Positions 1-18,260 of a DNA stretch of 64,000 nt are shown here, piece after piece. This stretch comes from the human T2T-CHM13v2.0 reference genome, Homo sapiens, in assembly GCF_009914755.1 (NCBI RefSeq), contig NC_060925.1; one strand, 5' to 3'. The position numbers and the translations under genes were made by a program. The notes under the pieces were generated by a model that did no database searches, had not been told where the DNA came from, and saw nothing but the letters and a program-made list of their open reading frames with translations. How positions within the stretch are numbered: position 1 is the stretch's first letter; the number at the start of each line of letters is the position of its first letter.

Positions 1-653
1 AAGGTATATTCCCTGGGCCAGGTTTTCTCTCTCTGTTTATCTGGCTAACTCAAATTTAACCTTTAGGGTTGAGATTAGATCTTACTTCTCCCAGGAAGCC
101 TTTTCTGATCTCCTAAGTCTGCATTAGATGTCATTCCTCTGTGCTCCGACAGATCCTGTATTTCCCCCATCATCACAGCATTTACAGTGTGCATTGTCAT
201 TGCTTGGTTACAAGGCAATTTCCTTTGCTAGTCTATAACTTCCATGGGGTAGGGACCATGTCTGTAGTTCACTGTCGTTTGGTGCCAAACAAAGTACCTG
301 ATACCTGGTAGGCACTCAATTATTTGTTGTTTGAATGAAATAATACAGGCACAAGAATAGTGCTGCCATGTACCTAGAAGAGGTGGAAAATTTTCATGGT
401 GGAGGGTGGCTCCCTGAGGCCAGGCCTTGGTATAGAGGCTGATGGACAGAACAGTAGCTCGTGGATTTCGGGGGCAGTGATGGCTTCAGACAGCCTGATA
501 CGTTAGGAGGAGAGAGGATACCAAAACAGCACCTTCAAAGTCAGGAGCTACATGGAAACAGAATGGAAGACATCAGCTAAAAGATACCCTAGGGACTTCT
601 GCCTCTCCTCACCCTCTAGCAATATAAGTGGGGAAGGAGAAAGTCCCCAAATA

Positions 654-2821
654 CAGTGATGCACCACTTAAAAATGCATTCTGAGAAGTGCATTGATAGG
701 TGATTTTGTCATTGTGTGAACCTTATAGTATGTGCTTACACAAATGTAGATGGTGGAGCCTACTACACACCTAGCCTGTATGGCGTTGCTTATTGCTCCC
801 AGGTGGCAAACACGTATAGCATGTTACTGTACTGAATACTGTAGGCAATTGTAATACAATGGTCAGTATTTGTGTATCCAAACATATCTAAACATAGAAA
901 AGGTACAGTAAAAATATGGTATATGTGATATTTTGGTATACATATTGGCTTTCGTCCACAGCTCCTGACTCATAACTCCCATAGCCCTTGTTATATAATG
1001 TTGGGGTGCTTCAGGCCTCAGAAAACAGAATGTCTGTCTCTCTGGCCTTCCGACCACCTCCTGCCCTCCTTTTTCTCCCCAAGGCAGGACTCTTCTCTCA
1101 CCTCTCTTGGAGCTGACCATAAAGAAATTCTCTTACCTACCCTATCTGACTGTAGGTCATAAGAACCCCCAATTCAGAAGGAGTCCTGCCTCACACCCAG
1201 GAGGAACAAATGCTGCACAGAGATGCCAAGAAGAATCTGAACAGACAGGCCTTGCTGGGTTTCTCCACTCAGTCTATTAGTATTAGACCATACCCTTCTT
1301 GCCCATTTCTGCATGGTTGTCAATCATGACTACCCAATGAAGTCTCCACAAAGGCACAAGAGGACTGGGTACAGAGTATTTCCAGGTAGCTGAGCACATG
1401 GAGGTTTCTGGAGAGTGGCACACCCAAGCAGGGCATGGAAGCTCCGAGCCCCTTCCCCATACCTCGCCCTGTGCGTCTCTGCATCTGCATGCTTTGTGGT
1501 ATTCTTTATAATATATAATTTTTTGTGTATTATAAAGAATATATAAATGTGTTTCCCTGAGTGCTGTGAACAGCACTGGCAAATTAATTGAGCCAAAAGA
1601 GGAGGATGTAGGAATCTCAACTTAAAGCCAGTTGGTCAGAAGTTCCAGAGGTCCAGACTTCTGACAGGTATGTGAAGTAGGGGCAGTCTTGGGGACTGTA
1701 TGATCTGACACTATCTCCAGGTAGAGAGCATCAGAATGAATTGAACTGGAGGACACCAAGCTAGCGTGTCTGTAGAATCGACTGCTTGCTTGGTGGTGGC
1801 GAGAAACCGCCATACATTTGGTCTCAGGAGTCTTTTGTGGTTGTGATGTGAGAGGAGAGTAACAACAGTTTTTGTTTTTTCCACTAAGTATAAAAGATAA
1901 AAACGTATACTCCTGTATAGGGCACTTACCATAAATAGAGTTTGCAGGACTCAACGCTGTTCTGGGTGAGTCAGTGAGTGAGTGGTGAGTGAATGTGAAG
2001 GGCTAGGACATTACTATACACTACTGTGGACTTTATAAACACTCTATACTTAGGCTACACTAAATTTAACACATTTTTTTCTTTAATAAGAAATTAATCT
2101 CAGCTTACTGTAAATTTTTTACTTTATAAACTTTTTAATTTTTTAAACTTTTTGACTCTTTTGTAATAACACTTAGCTTAAACACAAACACATTGTACAG
2201 CTGTACAAAAATATTTTCTCTGTTTATATCTTTATTCTATAAGCTTTATTCTATTATCTTAAATTTTTAATTTTTTCTTTTTTTTTGTTAAAAACTAGGA
2301 CACAAAGACACACATTAGCTTAGGCCTACACAGGGTCAGGATCATCAATATCACTGTCTTCCACCTCCACATCTTGTCCCACTCGGAGGTCTTTAGGGAC
2401 AATACCATGCATAGAGCTGTCATCTCCTATGATTACAATGCCTTCTTCTGGAATACTTCCTGAAGGACCTCCCAGAGGCTGTTTAACAGTTACCTTTTTT
2501 TTTTCAATAAGTAGGAGTACACTCTAAAACAACAAAATATATAGTAAATACATAAACCAGTAACATGGTCATTTATTATCATTCTCAAGTATTATGTACT
2601 GTATATAACTGTATGTGCTAGACTCTTATATGACTGGCAGCAAGTGGGTCTGTTTATACTGGGCATCACCATAAACACATAAGTAATGCATTGTGCTAGG
2701 ACTTTATGACAGCTACATGGTTATTAGGCTACAGGAATTTTTCAGCTCCGTGATAATCTTCTGGGACCCCATCATATATGTGGTCCATTTGGCTGAAATG
2801 TCACTATGCAGTGCTTGACTA
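654..2821 (+). mobile_element. Tigger3b-like DNA transposon (TcMar-Tigger), split by an LTR insertion
   Basis: Starts TA|CAGTGATGCACCACTTAA and ends ...ATGCAGTGCTTGACTA|TA (degenerate TIRs with TA target duplication). Internal sequence follows the recalled Tigger3b consensus and resumes in register after 1887. Confidence 0.8.
924..1887. mobile_element. MER21-like solo LTR inserted into Tigger3b
   Basis: Begins TGTGATATT, ~960 bp, flanked by a 5-bp direct repeat GTATA (919-923 and 1888-1892). Family name is from recalled consensus. Confidence 0.65.
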
Positions 2822-3355
2822 TAATCCTGCTTGCAGCATTTTGTACCCCAACCATACCCTCAGGATGATATGCCTGGAGAAATGCCAGTTACACCTGGCC
2901 GTAACACCCACAGTCTTGGTTCATGTTCTCATCATCACAGTTGCATTAGATGCCTTAATGATCACCCTCCTCTATTTGGGCCATGGAGCCCTTTGAGAAT
3001 CCAACAATAACTCTGAACCTCTCCACAGAAGAATCACAGGGTCACACAAGCACAAAATTTTACATATAACAGACAACCCTTAAAAGCTAATCTACAGACC
3101 CTAGCTCTCATCTTAATCTTTTCTAAATTTTTCTCCATAGTGCTGCCAGGGTGAACTTGAAAAATAAATTTTATTGCATTGTTGGATTTTTATTACCTTC
3201 AGGGAAGACTTCAAGCTCCCTAGTAAAGTACATGAGACACCTCCCACATACTGCTCACGTTCCTTACCTACCTTTTTTACTCCACCACTGCTGCAGCAAT
3301 GAGCTGGTGTGACCCATTTCTTTGGAGAAATGTCTGCTCAGATCCTTTGCCCATT

Positions 3356-3826
3356 CTTTTTGGTTCCCAAGTTTTATTCAAGAATTCATTCAAAATATTC
3401 CAGATAAATAAAATTTAATCCTCATCTTTCTCTTCTTCTTTGTCCTGGTTAATTTGGAAATAACGTAATTCATAACTCTCTTTACTGTTAGCAACTATGC
3501 ACAACCAATCACATAGATTATTGTTCTTCAAATATTTTTTGGTGAGATATTTCAAATACCTTCTGGAAAAAGGCACTTCCGGTGTTACGGTGAGCTTGCT
3601 CTTGCTCCTTTCGATGGTCACCACTCCTCCAAGATTCACAGCTTTTCTGTTCACTTTGATCCTCTCTTGCAAAAACTGCTCAAAATTGGTAGAATGGCGG
3701 CATCCATGATTCCATCTTCTATGGGGTGGATGCAATCAAGAGTGAACTTCAGAACCTGCTTCTTTTTTGCCCCCTTTCACCACAAGCTTTTTCACGGGCG
3801 CCATGGTGGCAGTGGAGGCAGAAAAG
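3356..3826 (-). pseudogene. RPL22 (ribosomal protein eL22) processed pseudogene; locus number not determinable
   Basis: ATG at 3804 gives [14 protein letters not shown]; the 3' frame gives [43 protein letters not shown] (stop 3415-3417). Intronless, with pyrimidine-rich TOP-like 5' end, AATAAA at 3378-3373 and TSD CCTTTGCCCATT (3344-3355 and 3828-3839). Frameshifted, with TGA at 3738-3736. Confidence 0.95.
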
Positions 3827-4065
3827 CCCTTTGCCCATTTTTAAAATTGGGTTATTTGTTCTTCTGCTATTGAGTTGTAAGAGTTCCTTATATTTTTTGG
3901 ATATTAATTCCTTATCAGATATGTGGTTTGCAATTATATTTTCCTAGTCCATAGGTTGCTTTTCAAGTTTGTTGATTGTTTCCTCTCCTGTGCAGAATTT
4001 TTTAGTTTGATGTAGTCCCTTTATTTATTTTTGTTTTTGTAGCCTGAGCTTCTGATGTGATATTA

Positions 4066-4374
<309 letters not shown>

Positions 4375-4716
4375 TCATTGTCAAGGCAAATGTCAAGAGG
4401 TTTTTCCCCTGTGTTCTCTTCTAGGAGTTTTATGGTTTCAGGTCCACAGTACACTGTTAGTGGGAATGTAGATTGGTACAGTCATTATAGGAAACAGTAT
4501 GGAGGTTCCTAAAGAAATTAAAAATGGAACTACCATATGATGCAGCAATCCCTCTCCTGAGTATATTCCCAAAGGAGAGGAAATCATCACCTTGTAAACA
4601 TGTCTGCACTCCCCTGTTCATTGTTATGTTATTCACAATAGCCAAGATAAGGAAACAAACTAAGTGCCCATTGACATTTAGGATGGATAAAGAAAATGGG
4701 TTTTGTGGTGTACATA

Positions 4717-6347
<1,631 letters not shown>

Positions 6348-6829
6348 TACAATGGAATATTATGTAGTCTTAAAAAAAGAAAAGGAGACCCTGTCATTTG
6401 CCACAACATGGGTGGACTTGGAGGACATTAGGCTAAGTGAAATAATCCAGATACAGAGAGAAAAACATTGCATGACCTCACTTATACATGGCATTTTAAA
6501 AAGAGCTCAAATACACAGAGAGAATGAAACAGTGGTTACCATGATTGGGTGGTGGGGAGAGGAAATGAGGCACTGTAAGTCAAAGGATACGAAATATGAA
6601 AAGTCTCCACATCTAAGGTCCAACATGAAGACTAAAGTTAAAAAAAACTGTATCATATTGGGAATTTGTGTTAAATAAGTAGATTTTAGCTGCCCTTGTC
6701 ACAAAAAAGTAACTATTTGAGATGATAGAAACATTAATCTGCTTCATAACTGTAACCATATTACTATTTATATGTATCCCATAACATTGTGCTGTAAACC
6801 TCAAGTATACACAATTTAAAAAATTTTTT

Positions 6830-7123
<294 letters not shown>

Positions 7124-8669
7124 AGATTTTTTTTTTAAATGACCTCTCCCCAATTTTCATTACCTGACCTTCCTCTAGGATCTCATGGTCCTGGGCTCCC
7201 CTCTACATAGCACTTACTGCTGAGCTGTAAATATCCATTTATCTGTTGCCTCCCTCACTGGACTGTAAAATTCTTGAGGCAGAACCAGTAGGTTTTATCT
7301 ATTTATCCTTCTCAAGCCTAGGACAGTGCCTGAGACCTTGAAACTCGGTGATTGTTGGTTGACAGGTTGAATGAGTGATCTATGAGATTTCTGAATCAAG
7401 CCTGGTGCATTTAATCTTTGGGTCTTGATAACATCTGGATCTGAATGAATCTGGGGGAAAGTCTAATTGAGCTTGATTTCCCTGTGACCTGCAGAGGCAG
7501 GAGTCCCAGCTTGACTGGTAGAGTGGGTGGGGAAGGCCTCTTCTACAGCACAGCCATAAAAAATCTGGAATTGTGACACTTTCCCCTAATGGGCCTCCTG
7601 GGACTTTACATGTCCTGTTGTGGGGAGTTGATTTTAACACAGAATCTGTCAATGCTCTATCCTTTTCAGGTCCAGCTTCATAAAAATATTCAAGGAATCA
7701 TGTCTTCTGATTTTGCTTGATGATCCCTCTTGGGAGCCATATTTGAAAGGTTACAGTTTGCATTTTCGACATTAAAGTTTACTTTTTAATTTTAAAAAAA
7801 GTTACAAAGATGTAGGACGTTTGGCTTCTTCAATACTTATTTGCTAGAAGACTTTGGGCAAGTTACCTAAACTCTCTGGGCTTCAATGTCCTCCCATACA
7901 TGTAAGCTAAATGTTCCAGGGCCACCTATGCCCATGGGTAACAGGCCAGCACAAGAATATGCTGACCAATTGATTCCTGGCTGCATAACCACAGAATCTC
8001 CTCTGTTATTTCTAGGTGCCTAGAGGAGGTCTCTCATAGATGCCCACGTTCTCTTGACAAGATATTTGGGGAGGACCCCTGGCTACTGTCACTGCTGCCA
8101 TGCCTGCCAGGAGGAGGCACCTTCCTGACACTTCACTGCTGCTGCTCAGCAGGCCTGCCAAGTGGTTCTGCTGTGTTCTAGGAGAAACAGGAAAAATGCC
8201 TCTCCTCCCACTTTGCACTGTGCTTTGTCACCTGGGCCCTAAAACACCATTGCCTGCCCCTGACGCCCCAACAGCTCCTTCTACCAAACTGAGGCTGGGC
8301 TGGGAGACTAGGCACCACACCATTCCATTCTCCCTTCTCTTCTTCCATTCTCCCTTCCCTCCCTCTCTTCTTCCCACTGCCTCCAAGACACCTGTACTGG
8401 AACTTTGTCCATTCTTACACTCACACACACACACATGCACATGCATATGTGCACACACAAAAGTCTCTTGTCCATCAGATCATACAAATATATGCTTGGG
8501 ACAGGGGTGATCACATGCCCCACATGCCCAGTGGACATTTAGGCTCAGATAGGACAATTCTTTCACAAGGATGACAAAACCTACCTTCCGTGGTTGCTGT
8601 GAGAACAAGAAATTGTACATACAGTGCCCATTCTGCAGCAAACCCAACAATGAATTAAAATCCACAATA

Positions 8670-9600
<931 letters not shown>

Positions 9601-10534
9601 ATGGAAAAAAGTCTAGGGGATTCACCGCTCAGCAGGCCATCCTGGCTATCTGGGCATAACCACCACCCAGAGTGTAATTTCTTCTAAGGCAATCACCCAA
9701 GTCTTTCACATTTTATACCTTCACAGCCCTGACAAAAACTGCTACATAATAAACACTAAACAAATGCCTATGAAAGGCAAGAAGGACGTAAGAGAGGGAA
9801 AGAAGCAAAGAAATGAACAATCGTAGCACCTGAGGCCGGATTAAAGAAAGGAAAAAAGCTTGTATGGGTCTTTTCATATTGACAAAGCTTTAGTGGAACA
9901 CTCTTTTGGTGGGTTTTCAAGGGATCAGAACGTTTGGGCAGAAAACAGAAAAATACAGACATAAAGAAGAGACCTAAATATATAAGCATAGCATTGGGAA
10001 AAAGCCTTTTCAGAACTGCAACTCATGCCTTACTCGAACATGTTCTGAACAAGGTCTCTTATCCAAAGTTGTTTCTGGCTTCAGACAGCAGGTGGCAGCA
10101 GAATCAAGCTTTCTGGTTGCAGAAACTTCTGGAGCCAGCCAGCTGTATAAAGTTTCAAATGGTTTTCGGAGGAGAAGCAGCTTTTGAGTAAAAACCTTTA
10201 ATCTAAAAATCTAAACTCGACACAAAACAAAAACAAAACAGAGTGAGGAGCTGGTGCCATTGGCCCCTGCCACGACAGATCCTGATGTCATTCCCTGCCT
10301 GCCATCTACAGAGCCACACCTTGTCCTTCGAAGAAATTCTGGGATTTCTACTGGCAGCGGCCAGGAAAGGAACCCAAGGTTGGTCTGTCCTGTTCTGACG
10401 TTGTCCTTGTCACATGTGGAAGCTGGTTCGCCAGGAAACAGGCTCTGGTCAAGGCTGGGCTCACTGGAGAGGTCAGCCCAAACTCAAAACACATTTATGG
10501 GTAAAGGAAGGGTTTTTTAAAAGGAGACTTTGCA

Positions 10535-10915
10535 GGCAACAAAAAGAAATATAGTATTGATATATGCCACAATGTGGATGAACCTCAAAAACATCATGTT
10601 AAGTCAAAGAAATCAGTCACAAAAAGACCACATAACGCATGAAACCATTTATAGGAAATCTTCAGAATAGGCAAATCTAAAGACAGAAAATAGATTAGTG
10701 GTTGTCTAGGGCTCAGGAGGTGGTGACTGGGGAATGACTGCTAATGAGTACACAATTTCTTTGGGGAGTGATGAAAATATTCTATAATTAGATTACAGTG
10801 ATGATGCACAATTCTTTAAATATACTTAAAAACCATTGAGTTGTACGCTTTAAATGCGTGAACTTTATGGTATGTAAGTTATCTCAATAAAGCTATTAAA
10901 AAAGGAAAAAAAAAA
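10535..10915 (+). mobile_element. L1M 3' UTR fragment
   Basis: ATGTGGATGAACCTCAAAAACATCATGTTAAGT..AGATTAGTGGTTG..TATCTCAATAAAGCT followed by an A tail. Confidence 0.7.
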
Positions 10916-10916
10916 G

Positions 10917-11150
10917 GGCCCAGGACTTTGGGAGGCTGAGGCTGGAGGATTGCTTGAAACCAGGATTTCAAGACCAGCCTGGACAACATAGTGAGACCCC
11001 CCATCTCTACAAAAAATAAAAACTAGCTGGGCGTGGTGGCTTATGCTTGTATTCCTGGCTACTCTGGAGGCTGAGGCTAGAGGACTGCTTGAGCCCAGGA
11101 GTTCGAAGACACAGTGAACTATGATTGTGCCACTGCACTTCAGTCTGGGA
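10917..11150 (+). mobile_element. AluJ-type SINE (partial), followed by a (GA)n tract
   Basis: GGATTGCTTGA..GAGCCCAGGAGTTCGAAGAC AluJ-type text. Confidence 0.8.
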
Positions 11151-11227
11151 TAACCATTCAATGCTGGGGGGGTGGGGAGAGAGAGAGAGAGAGAGAGTCT
11201 ATGCAGTTGCTACAGAAAAGAATTGGA

Positions 11228-11542
<315 letters not shown>

Positions 11543-12420
11543 GAATTGGAGATTGGTTAGAGATATGACTGGTACATTGATGAATTTTACTTTTTGATCA
11601 GATTGTGATATGATGGTAGCATAATTCGCTTCCTGATTTGGTCACACACACTTCCTATCCCTAAGAACTGCAAATACTTACCTGAAAGAGTGGATGAGGT
11701 GCGTTGCCATCTCACTTTTTTAGGGGATGGTGCTCTCCCTGGAAAGAAGGCAATAACAGGCCAGTGAAATAGCAGACATCTGAAGTCACACAGACGTGGT
11801 TTCAAATTCCGGTTCTTCCTCTTATTAGCTATGAGCCGTCAGCTTCTTTTCCATACCCACATCTCAAGGTTAAGTAAGAATTATAACATAAAATATAAAA
11901 GTGCCCAACCCAGAGTAAACTTGAAATTTATTTAATATTCTTGGAATTTCCATCCTGACCAGTAAGATGACATTTTATCTCAAAACACAGCTGTATCATG
12001 TTTTGCTATTGGTACACCTCTAAAGATCTTCTCCACCGCCCTCTGCCCCCACCCCAAGTCCATGTGCCATGAATAACCTTACTTATTATCACTTTTTACA
12101 ATGATGAGCAGCCTCTGAGAATGGAAAAATAAGTCAATGGTAATACTGTGTTAGGAAGGATCTGAGTAGGAAGGAACCTGTCCCCTGGCTACCAGAAACA
12201 CAGGACTAGACCCAGTAATACACACCTAGAATATAAGCCTGGATAACAACAGTGCAGGGGAAACACTGTCCTCACCAGGATAGCTTTTATATGCAAGAAT
12301 TTAGGTATTATAATCAGAAACATTTCTAGAAACTATGAAATATTAGGGAAAAAAGCCAACACATTAGCCAACATTGTACTTTACATTTATGCAAATTTTA
12401 AACTCTATCGGCACCTCCTA

Positions 12421-12800
<380 letters not shown>

Positions 12801-13159
12801 CTAAGGAGCTAGGCTTCCTTATTTCACAACCTTGGCTCTGTCTCCTATGAAACCAGGGCAACTATTTAACCCCTCCATGTCTGAGTTTCCTCATGTATAA
12901 ATGAAGGGAGCAATAGTACCTAGCTTATAAGGCCATTATAAGGATTCTAAAAGTTAATCTAAAGTGCTTAGGACAGAGTATGGCATAGAGCAAGCACTCA
13001 GTAAATCCATTCATTCAATAAATGTTTATTGAATATAGGTGTGGCTGCTGTTTTGGCTGATGAGTATACTAAAGTCAGTGAAACAGACGAAATCTGTGGA
13101 GCTTTCTTCCTTGGGGGAGGAGGCCAACAACAACAACGAATACACACAGAGGAAGAGCA

Positions 13160-13890
13160 ATGGAATGAATTGTGTTCCCTCCCCTCCCAAATTCATATGT
13201 TGAAGCCCTAACTGCCAACGTGATGGTATCTGGAGATGGGGCATTTGGGAAATAATTAGATTTAGAAGAGATCATGAAGGTGGGAGACTCGTGATGGGAT
13301 TAGTGCCCTTTTAAGAAGAGAAAGAGTCAGGTGCAGTGGCTCTTGCCTGTAATCTCAGCACTTTGGGAGGCCAAAGCAGGAGGATCGCTTGAGCCCAGAG
13401 TTTGAGACCAGCCTGGGCAACATGGTGAGACGCCATCTCTATAAAAATAAAAATAAAAAATTAGCCCAGTGTGGTGGCACACACCCATAGTCTCAGCTAC
13501 TTGGGAGGCTGAGGCGGGAGGTTGAGGCTGCAGTGAGCTATGGTTCTCATCAGTGCACTCCAGCATGGGTGACAGAGCAAGACTGTCTCAAAATGAAAGA
13601 AAAAACAAGAGAGAGAGAGAGATACACCAGGGCTCTCTCTATGTCCTGTGAGGACACAGCAAGAAGGCAGCTGACTGCAAGCCAGGAAGAGAGCCCTTAC
13701 CAGGAACTGAAGCTGTCAGCACCTTTATCTTGGACTTCCCAACCTACAGAACTGTGAGAACTAAATGTGTGTTGTTTAACAGACATTTTGTCTATGGTAT
13801 TTTGTTTGTTGTTGGTATTTGTTGACATTTTGGTATTGGTGTGTTATTTGTTGGTATTTTGCTATCAGCAACCCGGCAGACTAATATAGA
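13160..13890 (+). mobile_element. MLT1A-like MaLR LTR interrupted by an AluJ (~13325-13605)
   Basis: TGAATTGTGTTCCC..CAAATTCATATGTTGAAGCCCTAA..GGACTTCCCAACCTACAGAACTGTGAGAA MLT1 signature. Confidence 0.75.
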
Positions 13891-15138
13891 TTTATATGTA
13901 AACATATATTTGAATAGGAACCCTGCAGAAGCCACATAGCTGGTTTTACTGATGCAAAGAGCCCTATGCTACAGTATGATGAGGTGAAGGGCTTACATTT
14001 CCCTTTCAGCAGTGGTATCCACTCTCCACAGCGTAGACTTGGAGAAGCCACTTGACTCTCATCTTAGATTCCTGCATCTGTAAAATGATGAACTAGATGA
14101 TACCCAAAATTTTAGATTCTATCCATCTTATGGTTGGAATAACAGCCCACCTTCTAGGTCAATTACACACACAGGTGTGCTGATGCTTAGGGTGGCAGAG
14201 AGGGTGTCCCACAAGTAGACACTGATTATCCTAACTGTAACTTTCAAATGGAAAATTAATTAAATCTCTAAATTTGGATTTGGCTTCCTAGTTAGCACTG
14301 TTTCCTTCCTGGAAAAGAAATAGTTATGTGTCAGACAGAACAGCCCCCTCTGATCATTTTTTTCCTTCTTCCTTGCATTATTGTTAGCTCTGACTGTGCA
14401 GCTCTCCTGGTGTCTCTCCCTTTCTAGATAACAGCCTAGAAAAAGGAGCTTATGGTTTCCCTGAGGTTCTTTTGATAAATGGCTGACATTTGATTGAACC
14501 ATTCTTATTTCACTTATTTTTCACTTTCACAGAAAAACTGTAGTAGGTATAACAGCACAAGGTAATCATTTTTAAATTATTCAGACATTTTTAAAAATTT
14601 GATTCTGCTTCTCTCACCTCTGAAAGATGTTACTGGGGTGTCTTGGTTGCAAAGATTCATTCATGTTCTTTTGCTTTTGGATTCTCCATATTCTCTGAGG
14701 AAGTGACTGCATCTAAGACTGTGTCCAAGGAAGCATCTTATCACTTTCATCCTTTGATCCCTGAGTGCCTTTCACTACCAGATATACTAAAACAAAAATC
14801 TTCTCTTAGCTCCCTGGTGCAGTGGAGTTGAGGGATAACCACAAAGAATTCAGAGTACATCACATAACGGAACTGTCAGGAAGCTTTTGATGGCAGAAAC
14901 ATATTTTCCTGGTGATGAGATTGGAAGGATCTTCATATAACCATCAGATATGTTATTGTCACTTCTGAACAATGCTTTTTATAGCAGATTGTTTCTCAAA
15001 AAGGAAATAGAAATGCGATTTTAAAATATGAAAAATATGTTCAATCTCATTATTAAGATAAATGCAAATACAAATTATAAGAGGACTTAACAGATTGGCA
15101 AACATCAGAAAAGTGAACAACCTCCTCCACTGGCATTC

Positions 15139-15395
<257 letters not shown>

Positions 15396-17565
15396 GAGTA
15401 TAATTTGCTGTATGGAGGGCAATTTGACAGTATCTATCAGATTTTATAATGTACAGAGCCTTGAATTCAGTAATTCTACTTTTAGGAACTTATCCCACAG
15501 ATATTCCAGACATGCTCAAAGATGTAGGTACAAAGATTTTATTGCAGTATTATTTGGAAGAGTAAAAAACCAGTCCATGAGGAAGACTAGTTCAATAAGT
15601 TAATAATCTAGAATATATCGATATAATGGAATACTATCAAAGAACAATTTTCACAATGTATTGTTAAGAGGGGGAAGGTACAGAAACATATGTAAGGAGT
15701 TTCATTTGTTTAATATATAATTAGTGACACAGGTTGCATCTGGGGAGGAAAATTAGGGAACAATTTTTTGTTGTACACCTTTATCTTTCATTGTATCTCT
15801 TTCAAAACCTTTTGTACCATTTGTGTGTATTGTGTATTTTAAAAATTAATTTAAATTTCAACAACCGTTATAGTGATGCAAAAAACCCTATAGAAATAAC
15901 AGTTTACATTCAATTTTGCTATATGTCAGGTACTGATTTTTCAACCACAACCTTGTAAGATACGTGCTATTATCATCCCCACTTCACAGGGGGAAACCTG
16001 TGGTAGAGAGAGGCTGAATAACTTGTACAAGGATTCATACCTAATCAGTAGCAGAGCTCAGATTTGAACCCAGGCAGCCTGTTTCCAGAGACCATACTTT
16101 ACCCACCATTCTATACTGCTCTGAGGTCACAGACCTCCATGATGAACTCTTAATTGAGTGCAGTCAATAGGAAACTCAGATAAACTCAGATGTACAAGAA
16201 ATATCTCACTTCTTCATTTGCTTTTCACCTACTTAACTCTGACTCTGAGTCCCCATCCAGCTTGATTGGCAGAAATTGTAATCTCAGTCATTATTTGGAC
16301 TCGCCACTGCAAGGATTTTGCAAGGTCCTGGAATCTTACATGGCACCAAAGCCTGGCAGAGATCCTGCCAGTTGTCAATACATACTGGTTACCACTGACA
16401 TGTCCATTGCAGTCCAGTACTCTCCTGCGGCCATGTGTAGTCCTACTCACCCTCACCCATAGACTGAAAACTTCCTTATATTCTTGGGAAATTTTCTCCT
16501 TTCCTTTTCCTGCTGCCTTCAAAGACATTGATAATACTATCTTCATTGAGTTCAGGTTTTATCTACAGACAGCTAGATCATTCTGCAAAATATCTCTAAG
16601 GTAAGAAATTACTAAGGGCCTACCTAACTCACTTAGATCAAAGGGGTAGAGAAAGTATGGAAAGTAGACAAAGAAATTAATATTTCAATAGATTATCCTG
16701 CCACAGAGTCATAGCCATGAAAAACAATAACTTTGGATTTGGAATTTACCTCCTACCTCAAGTTTCCCTCTGCAAGTGTTTGGACTTGCGTGTTATGGAA
16801 TGATGATTGTAATGAACCATGCCTTCTATTGGTAGCAGATTTTGACTGAGATATAGGACAGTTAACAACTGCAGTTTGAATGCAAAGGCAGACAGAGTAC
16901 ACTTTGCACAAGGGACAAAGAACTGATAGGGAAACAAGGACAGTCTCCTTTTACACCTTAAAAATCCTCAAATAAGAACCTGGCTTCTGCTCAGCTAACC
17001 GACACATAAGTGCAGAAAAAAAGACAAGATTGGAATCCAAGGAAGGAAATGTTAGAATCCAAGGGCCAGGAATCAAAGAGAATATATTTAAATAGAAACC
17101 AGGTTGATACGAGAACTTTGGGATGCCTAGAGTAGGCGGGAAAAAGATGTATGATCTAAGCACAGGATATTTCAAATACAGGAGCTTGGATAAGAAGTCT
17201 ATTCCAAATTCCATCTGCCACCAATGAAAGCAGAAAGGAAATATGTAATAAGAGCCAAGCCATGGGGAAATAGTCCAAGATGGGTGTGCCTCCTGTGTAT
17301 TTAGTAATCATGTCCAGCTCAGCAAATCTGAGTTTCTTTATTCCTTGAGCTACTGTCCATTTTAATGAACAGGGAACATTTGATCTCAAGCAGCTTCAGA
17401 AACTCAATTTTCCCCCAGCCTTTGTCTAGGTTTTATAGAGGAAAAGGTATAGTTGCAGTACTGGTTGATATTTGCTTGTGAGAGCTCTTGGGCAGCTAAT
17501 TCTTGATCCTTTGCTCCACCTAGTGGATTTCCAGGCTAGAGAGACTCTGGAAAAGAGATCAGTGG

Positions 17566-17747
17566 TCAGAAGGGTGTACATTTGCTGATAAATGAGACTT
17601 ACCAGTCAGTTTCTGGATTATCGTCAGTTTCTGGATTATCGTCCGTTTCTTTACTGACGATACCCAATTCCATCCCAAAGTGTCCTTGTTTGAATTGATT
17701 GAAATCTTTCATTTATTTCCATTAATGCCAGATGTGTAGCTGTAAGT
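17566..17747 (+). repeat. Inverted repeat arm 1 (partner of 20870-21033), containing an 18-bp tandem duplication
   Basis: Reverse complement of 20870-21033 aligns with 11 mismatches in 164 nt plus one 18-nt indel (CAGTTTCTGGATTATCGT repeated). Confidence 0.9.
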
Positions 17748-18260
17748 CATCAAAATCTAATGCATTCCTTTTCTCTCTTCTTAATATATAAATAACATTA
17801 TATAATCAGGAGACCCATATCAGCACAAGAAAGCATATTCTACTTATAATTATATCCTCTGAGGGCCAAACACACTCAAACCTCAACAGAGTCATTTAAT
17901 TAAACAATGACCTACCTGCTTAACACTTTGGGTACTCCTTTGAACAATAATTGGTTAAAGAGTCATAGGACCCTTTCTCAAGAAGTTTCACATCCAATTA
18001 TAAAAACAGATGAAATAACACTGGAAAGCAGGGCGACGCTGAAAAATTTCAGGTAGAAGAGAATTCAGAGCTGACTCTTACACAATATCCATATGTGGAG
18101 ATAAAATTAGTGTTAATGTAGGTTTAAGCCATTAGAGTTACAACATAAATTTGACAATCTATGCTTACTTGCTGGCTGACCATGTCCCTGTCAGTTACCA
18201 GCCTTAAAGGCTACCAAGGCATTATTCTTTATTCCTTACCTATATTTAATACTTACTTTT

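Noticed and set aside
17607-17650. Short direct repeats resembling a CRISPR-like or binding-site array
   Set aside because: Only about 2.5 copies of an 18-mer with no spacers; a simple slippage duplication within inverted-repeat arm 1.
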